A DNA stretch of 64,000 nt from Eledone cirrhosa (lineage: Eukaryota). Positions 57,126-64,000 of the stretch are shown here, in pieces (position 1 is the first letter of the stretch; each line of letters begins with the position of its first letter). The stretch covers positions 78,182,001 through 78,246,000 of the forward strand of contig OZ024740.1 of assembly GCA_964016885.1 (NCBI GenBank). The letters are read 5' to 3'. The translations under genes were made by a program, and so were the position numbers. The notes under the pieces are model-generated. The model was given only the letters and a program-made list of their open reading frames with translations. It did no database searches and was not told where the DNA came from.

Positions 57126-58516
57126 TATTTTAAGATACCATTCACCTAGTATGTGTGTGTATATATATATACATACACACATATATATATGCATGCACAC
57201 ACACATATTATATATATATGTATGTATGTGTGTGTGTGTTCCTTCAAATCATACTAACATCGCTTGAAAATATCAAACTAGTTAGCGACAGTGTATGTAT
57301 AGCTGACTGACGCTAACAAAATATCAATGGGGGTCTCCTCCTCCCCTTGCTCTCTCTCACCCTCTCTTTCTTTTTGTCTTCATATTTATTTCATTCATTT
57401 CACACATTCGCTATGCTTGTCTCTACTTCACATACATACGTGGTAGTAGCTGTGATGATGATGGTGGTGGTGGTTATATCAATGATGTGATGTGAATGTT
57501 TTTAGACTATGGCTGTCCGAATTATGTTTGAACGTTTATATATATATCGAATTATGTTTGAACGATATATATATATCGGTACTCCACCGTCATCAGCACC
57601 ATCATCATTATCTGAGCCTTCCACCGTCACCACCATCAGCAGTATCTGAGCCCTCCACCACCGTCACTATCACCAAAACACAATCAATGGATGTTGGCAT
57701 GAGGAGATATTAGAAAGACACAGATAGAAACCTGTTGCTGCTGTGTACTGTAATGATATAAGATGTAGAGTGTAGAAGGTTGCTTCTCTTGTAACCTCCT
57801 TCCTTAGTCTTCTCTTTCTCCTTTACACCTACCAGTGTGGACTGGGGGAAGGGGATATAACCTCTCTTCCCCCTTTTCCTTATTCCCTACGCACACATAC
57901 ACCAGTATGGTGTGATAGGTGCCGACGAGAGACGGGGGAGGATTTGTTGCCTCTCATCCCTCGCCTTTTTCTACACATCTGTATGAACTGATGGGTGTGT
58001 GTGATTGTGACAGGGGGTGCTCTCTTCTTTTCTCTGTCCCCTTACACATCACTATATAATATCGTGTTTGTAGGGAGGTGTTGGATGAGAGGGTGGCGAT
58101 GTACAACGGACCGGATGTACCACAACTTTCACCACTATCGTGTGCTTGTCTGTCTGCTTTGCTTATATATGTTGTGTGTATCCATATAGATATACATCTA
58201 TATAGACACACACACACTTTCGCTCTTAAACGCACATATACACACACCACATATATATGTATATATATAGTAGTGAAAAATCAGATTCTAAAGGAACGAG
58301 TTTGGGTATAGGAGTTAATTCCACTACAATAACCAAAAAGGATTTTCAACTGTATGGCTATAGTGTGAACGGAAGTGTTTTTGAATGGGGTGGATTCTGC
58401 ACAGTTTTCATTTCCGTAATAGGTGGTGTAACTCCAATTAGACTGTTGTAAGGGGGATAACTTTTGAAGAACGATCCTTTGTGATAGTTTAGTCCGGGAC
58501 ATCATAAATCATTTGG

Positions 58517-59030
58517 TTATCCTGGGTCATTCAAGTTACGTAACAAAAATTCCGATGCGTGGAGACAGCGGTTGAAAAATCGGCTCCCGTGTTAATGCCA
58601 CTGTAAGATATCTGATTTTCATTGATACACAATCTGTAAGCATTAGATCCATTTATACATGATCTCGATTACTCGAAGATTTTCTATTTGATAGAGAAGT
58701 TCACGCCCACATCCTTGAGCGACAAAACGTGGCTTGCTAATTTCGTGGTTGATCGCTTTAAATAAACCGGCCTTCAGACATACTCACATATATTTTGACT
58801 TCTTGCTGTTGGTTCTGCCGGGTGGACGTAACTTCGGACTCGGCAACGACTGCAGGTGCATTACACTGTTGTTGTAGAGGGCATGATTTTGGCTTTCTAC
58901 AAGAATATCCGGGTTAGGGAGTGCTCTTGGAGTTGGTGGTTATGTGGACCTTCATATTTTTTAAGCAGGTATATCCGAGTTTCACGTGTGCCTGTTAAAG
59001 ATAGATCTGTATTTTAGAATTATCAAACAA
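58517..59030 (-). pseudogene. Penelope-like element (Naiad-type) linker + GIY-YIG endonuclease remnant
   Basis: Manual minus-strand translation across frameshifts: YRSIFNRH/VKLGYTCLKNMK...SCRKPKSCPLQQQCNAPAVV...VKIYVSMSEGRF...TTKLASHVLSLKD...FSIK*KI...NGSNAYRLCINE...INTGADFFNRCLHASEFLLRN. Confidence 0.85.
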
Positions 59031-59043
59031 GCGTTTCCCTATA

Positions 59044-59074
<31 letters not shown>

Positions 59075-59077
<3 letters not shown>

Positions 59078-59271
59078 CAAAGAAGGTGTGGTAAGGAACC
59101 AGATGGACCATAACGCACCAGAGTACTCAATACTTAGGGTAGTAGAGTGGGTAATAGGAAAATGTTCAGCCCCGACGGCAGAGCTCAAGCTGTTTCGACG
59201 GCTATTTCTGGACAGTCCAGAAATAGCCGTCGAAACGGCTTGAGCTCTGCCGTCGGGGTTGAACATTTTCC
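59075..59271 (-). mobile_element. Family D hairpin element
   Basis: Tail plus hairpin 59157-59271; flanked by TA repeats. Confidence 0.9.
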
Positions 59272-59429
59272 CATATATGTATGTATGTATGTATGTGCGT
59301 GTTTCGTTTTTGTATTAGAATTTGAAGGGTTCTTGATGTGAAATCGTTTGTTGAAACATAGTTATGAAGATAGTTCGACTTGGAGAGGATTTTATTGGCA
59401 ACATGATCTTCCTAAAGTATATATGTGTG

Positions 59430-59580
59430 TATGCTAAAAGTAAACAGAAAGCAACACACCAAACGGTACAGTAGGAAAAGAGTCGTAATATTTCGGGTGC
59501 TAGTCTATCATCAGAAGATAGAATGAGAAAGGAAAGAGGGATAAGCAGAAACATTTTATTATAAAAAGCTCGTGTGTATA
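59430..59580 (-). mobile_element. PLE pseudo-LTR-like cassette family B with HHR core
   Basis: Minus strand CTT-CTGATGA-TAGACTAGCACCC-GAAA-TAT-TA at 59483-59518. Confidence 0.6.
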
Positions 59581-60239
59581 TCGATGGACCTCCGTTGGTT
59601 TCAACGATAAGTATTCTAGTTGCGTCTCTCTCTCTCTCTTTCTCTCTCTGTATATATATATACACTAAAATTAGTCTGGTATTGAGAGTATGGCCACAGT
59701 AAAACGTATAAAGACAAAGCCTTAAACCCATACACACACACACACACACAGTGCTTGTTTGTGTGTGTTTTGTCTTTATAACTGATCTAAATAAGCGTAG
59801 TTAATACTAGGCTAATTGTAGTGGTGGTGGAGGTGGTGGTGATGATGATGATGGCCTGCGAATTTAAAACTCGACTGCGAGATAATTAATTGGTCCTGAC
59901 TAATTACGGCAAACCTTTTATTTTTATTATTATCATTCGTTTATTGTCACGTACGTATCTTCCTATTTTCATAATTCTTGGGAATTTTATATATTGTTGG
60001 CTTGAGATCGAGGTTACATACCGACACAAAAAATGTTTAGTTGGGTGATCGGTCTGTCTGTCTGTCTGTTTGTCGGTGGGTCGACTTGCTGCTGGTTTGT
60101 GAATGTCATGGGAGGGTGGGTAGATGGACTATTATTGGTTGTATCTGGGTCGCTGGAGCAGTTATTACGACAATAATAGTTTATATCACAATGTATTAGC
60201 TTTGCCATCACATCTACTTTACTCTCGCCTTCCCCTGCT

Positions 60240-60333
60240 CTTTGTTTCTCTTCCTCTCGCTTTCCCCTTTCTCTGTGTTTCTCTTCCTCTCGCTTTCCCC
60301 TTTCTCTGTGTTTCTCTTCCTCTCGCTTTCCCC
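60240..60333 (+). repeat. 33-bp tandem repeat, ~3 copies
   Basis: TGTTTCTCTTCCTCTCGCTTTCCCC(TTTCTCTG). Confidence 0.9.
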
Positions 60334-60444
60334 GTTCTCCTCCTTTCCCCCTTTCTCTTTCTCTCCTTCCCACCTTCTCTCTCTTTCTCCGTATATCATC
60401 AACCAACGTTCGTTTAGTGTTTTATGCTTTATTTATTCTTTTTA

Positions 60445-60590
60445 TTGAAACTGCGGCCATGCCGGAGCACCACCTTGAATTTGGGGGTTCATATCGACTC
60501 CAGTACCGCATGTCTTTTCAAGTCTGGTACTTATTTTATCGATCCCTTCTTGTCGAACCGCCGACTTACGGGACATAAACAGAGACACAA
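60445..60590 (-). mobile_element. SINE, variant with Meta/MESC-like core
   Basis: Minus strand GATCGATAAAATAAGTACCAG...GCTCCGGCATGGCCGCAGT. Confidence 0.6.
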
Positions 60591-60994
60591 ACTTCATATA
60601 TATATAAGGCTAGTAGTGTCAAATTCCCCCACTAGTTTTTATTATTTTCCAACTAGTTTGCCCAATTGATGCCCATAATGCAGTTCGAATTGTTTCCAAG
60701 ATCCCCAATTTTTCTATTGTTCCTACCTGCCCCAAGAATGAAAATGAGATATAGAATTGATGGTGGATCATTTAGAAATTATTCCAACCAATTTGTATTT
60801 ACTCGTTTATAATCCCATTGTTTTACACAAACAATAATATTTCTTCAGAACAATGTTCCTTCGCCAAACTTTAACACACACCTCACCTCACATCACACGC
60901 ACACTTCAAACACACAGGCACGCGCACACATTATAGCACATACACAGAAATACCTCACCCCACATACTTACGCACACACTCCACTACACACACA

Positions 60995-61154
<160 letters not shown>

Positions 61155-61747
61155 CACAGAAACACCGTTGACAGAACTCTGATTTCTGATACAAATGCTG
61201 TACTGTTGATATAATACAGATTGCAGGTCACTTTGAATCTTGCGCAATATTCAGCATAACCACCAAGCACTCGGATCTCGAATTTGTTACCCCCCACCCG
61301 CCCACGCTTTTAACATTTTGCTAATCTATCTCCGGCGAATTTTATTTTAAGTGGTAGAATTCCGGCGACAATTTATTTTCTTTATACATTAAAAGACACT
61401 ATACACGACAAAAAAGTACATTACTAGAAATCCATACGTTATAAAATAAATAGGATGGTTTTGGGTCTCAATATGTAAACTAAACGACTAATTCTGGGTT
61501 TTTTGAAAAATAAAGGGAGACAAGCTAGAAAAATTAGCAATTTTCCACGCACCCCTCACTATTATTTGGGAGCCGAGTGAGTGCAATGGACCCAGGTGTC
61601 GCAACAAATGGACATCGAGGCGATAATGTCCCGAAAATACTGCAGTATATCGGCTATTACATGCTTCAGTCATTGACTAGCTGGCCTGATTCCAAATTTA
61701 CACGTTTTTATTGCTCATACTTGTATGCAGAAGAGGGGAAATAAAAT

Positions 61748-61985
61748 TTACATCTCACACCTATATAGTTTCAGTTGGCCTCGTAGGAGGCTTCTCGTGT
61801 GTTTTAATGATAGAGGCGGTCTTACATCTCACACCTATGAAGGTTTATCTGGCCTCATAGGAGGATCCACCTATGTTTTTTATTGATAGAGGCGGCTTTA
61901 CATCTCACACATGTAGTTTAGCTGGGCTCAGAGGAGACTTCATCTCATAGGAGGTTTCTCCGTGAGTTTTAATGATAGAGGCGCT
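61748..61985 (+). repeat. ~75-bp diverged tandem repeat, 3 copies
   Basis: TTACATCTCACAC...GGCCTCRTAGGAGG...TTTTAWTGATAGAGGCG. Confidence 0.85.
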
Positions 61986-62321
61986 TTAGTACTATTATGA
62001 AAGGCAACATTAAATGAAGTTCCTGGTCCAGGAATCAAACCTACCACCTTATGATTGGGAGTACAACACTTTAACCACTGATATCTATCCCTCCTCTTTC
62101 CTCTCCCTCCCCCTCTCTCTCTCTGTCTCATGTGCGCTAACATGCACATAACAGGTTTGGCCGGTCTATCTGTTAGTTTTCTTTCTATGTTCTGGTTTCT
62201 AGGTTGAAACTTGGCTTTTGTGTTGGAAGGAAGTAAAACGGATCTGTGTCTGTTGCAGACATGTTTTCACTTCACACTTCACACAATGATTGTTGTGTTA
62301 TTTAAAAACACAAAACCTCGT

Positions 62322-62392
<71 letters not shown>

Positions 62393-62626
62393 CCTCCCCC
62401 CGTCTCTCTCTCTCTCTCTCTCTCCCTCCCCCTGTCTCTCTCTCTCTCTCTCTCCCTCCCCCTGTCTCTCTCTCTCTCTCTCTCCCTCCCCCTGTCTCTC
62501 TCTCTCTCTCTCCCTCCCTCTCTCTCTCTCTCTCTCCCTCCCTCCCTCTCTCTCTTTCTCCCTCCCTCCCTCTCTCTCTTTCTCCCTCCCTCCCTCCGTC
62601 TCTCTCTGTCCTTTCTCCCTCCCTTA

Positions 62627-62715
<89 letters not shown>

Positions 62716-62728
62716 CGTCTCTCTATCT
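62322..62728. repeat. (CT)n/(CCCT)n polypyrimidine tract
   Basis: Direct reading. Confidence 0.95.
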
Positions 62729-63889
62729 CCGGTCACAGCAATCTTCCTCAATTTAAGCCACATGCACTCACTCAGCTACTACTACTATTACCACCACCAC
62801 TACTACTCTTGTTCCTGTTGTGCATTTGTCTCTATCCACACCCCCGTAAACATAGTCAATCTCACACATACGCGCGCGTTTGTAATCAACAGTAAACGGC
62901 TGCTGCCACTACTACTACTACTACTGTTTTTGTGTGCGTATGTTCCTCACATGGCCATAATGCAGGGGGTGGGGGGGGCAATAATTGTAATATGGAAGTG
63001 GGTTAGTGAGAAATGTTTGGTTGGTTCAGTCGAAATAACAATGCCAATGTTACAATGATTATGATATTGTAGTGGTATTGTTTTGTGTGTGGAGAGGTTC
63101 CTATTTTTTATTTTAATACATTGAGGTTAATTTTCGCCCCCACCTTATATACGAACCAATGATAATGGTGGTGGCTCTTCTGCTATGTGGTCTCTTGGCT
63201 TGTTGGAAATAGCAACTAACTCTCTTGCTCAATTCTCATTCACTAAATTCATTAAATGTGAAACGCACGTTGGATAATGCCATCGTATATACACTGTCTG
63301 CTATATAAAAATAACCAGATGCTCATGGCTGGAATGCGCTTTAGTATGTATATATATAATATATATATATGTGTGTGTGTGTGTGTATATATTTAAAGTG
63401 AAATGACAGGAGGCCAAATATGTTAATTCCCTTAATTATTTATTACTGCAAACACTATACACATTTCAGTGGCTAGGTTGTCATGTGTAAATTGCGTAAT
63501 AGATGTATACCAACGGAATGATGGTAAACTATATATATATATAATACTACTGTAGTTTTTTAACTTGCAACTGACTGGCGTCTCATTCAGGCGGGAGTCT
63601 TGTATTCTTTGTCACTTAACACCTCGTGAAACTGGGATAAGCCCCGGCCTGGTGAGCCTGGCCATTCAAGAAAGGCTAACTTGTGCGTGTGTGAGAGAGA
63701 GTAATTACTCATAAAGCAAGAAAGACAGTCGATTATAGAAGTACGAAACATCAGAAGAGATATCCATTCACGTCATGGACCCATAAGTACTTATGGGGTG
63801 CTGTCGTAATTCAAACTTGACTGAGCAGACCACGCTTCAAGTCTGAACACAGCTGATCTCTACTGGGGAATGGTGAGAGTGAATGAGTT

Positions 63890-64000
63890 GACTAACGGTA
63901 CTGAACTGGGCTTTATTTACCGACATCGAAAACATGAAAAGATAAAGTTGACCTCGACGGGATTTGAACTCAGAGCGCAGATGACCGGTACTGTGTCTGA
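63890..64000 (-). mobile_element. Degenerate SINE family A relative
   Basis: AAAGTTGACCTCGACGGGATTTGAACTCAGA. Confidence 0.6.

Overview
Non-genic, very AT- and microsatellite-rich eukaryotic DNA. The SINE repertoire (tRNA heads with CORE-like and Meta/MESC-like cores, RTE-type tails) points to a coleoid cephalopod, probably an octopod (inference). No intact host gene is visible. Nearly all long ORFs in the track are translations of (TA)n/(CA)n/(CT)n arrays. The only recognisable coding remnants are retroelement fragments: two Penelope-like element (PLE) GIY-YIG endonuclease regions (6205-6529 +; 58517-59030 -, Naiad-like Cys motifs) and several RTE LINE pieces. Tc1/mariner, pogo, hAT and piggyBac-like MITEs and a 200-N gap are also present. 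The main signal is a population of short non-coding cassettes embedded in (TA)n tracts. Many are long near-perfect palindromes or carry minimal type-I hammerhead ribozyme (HHR) cores (CUGANGA-stemII-GAAA-palindromic stemIII-UH). Some HHRs have a stem II expanded to 60-115 nt, some occur back-to-back in both arms of a palindrome, and some hairpins fold exactly at the stem-II position. My reading is a diverse family of (TA)n-targeted, PLE-mobilised fold-back HHR mini-elements. All structures were derived by eye and need computational and biochemical confirmation.
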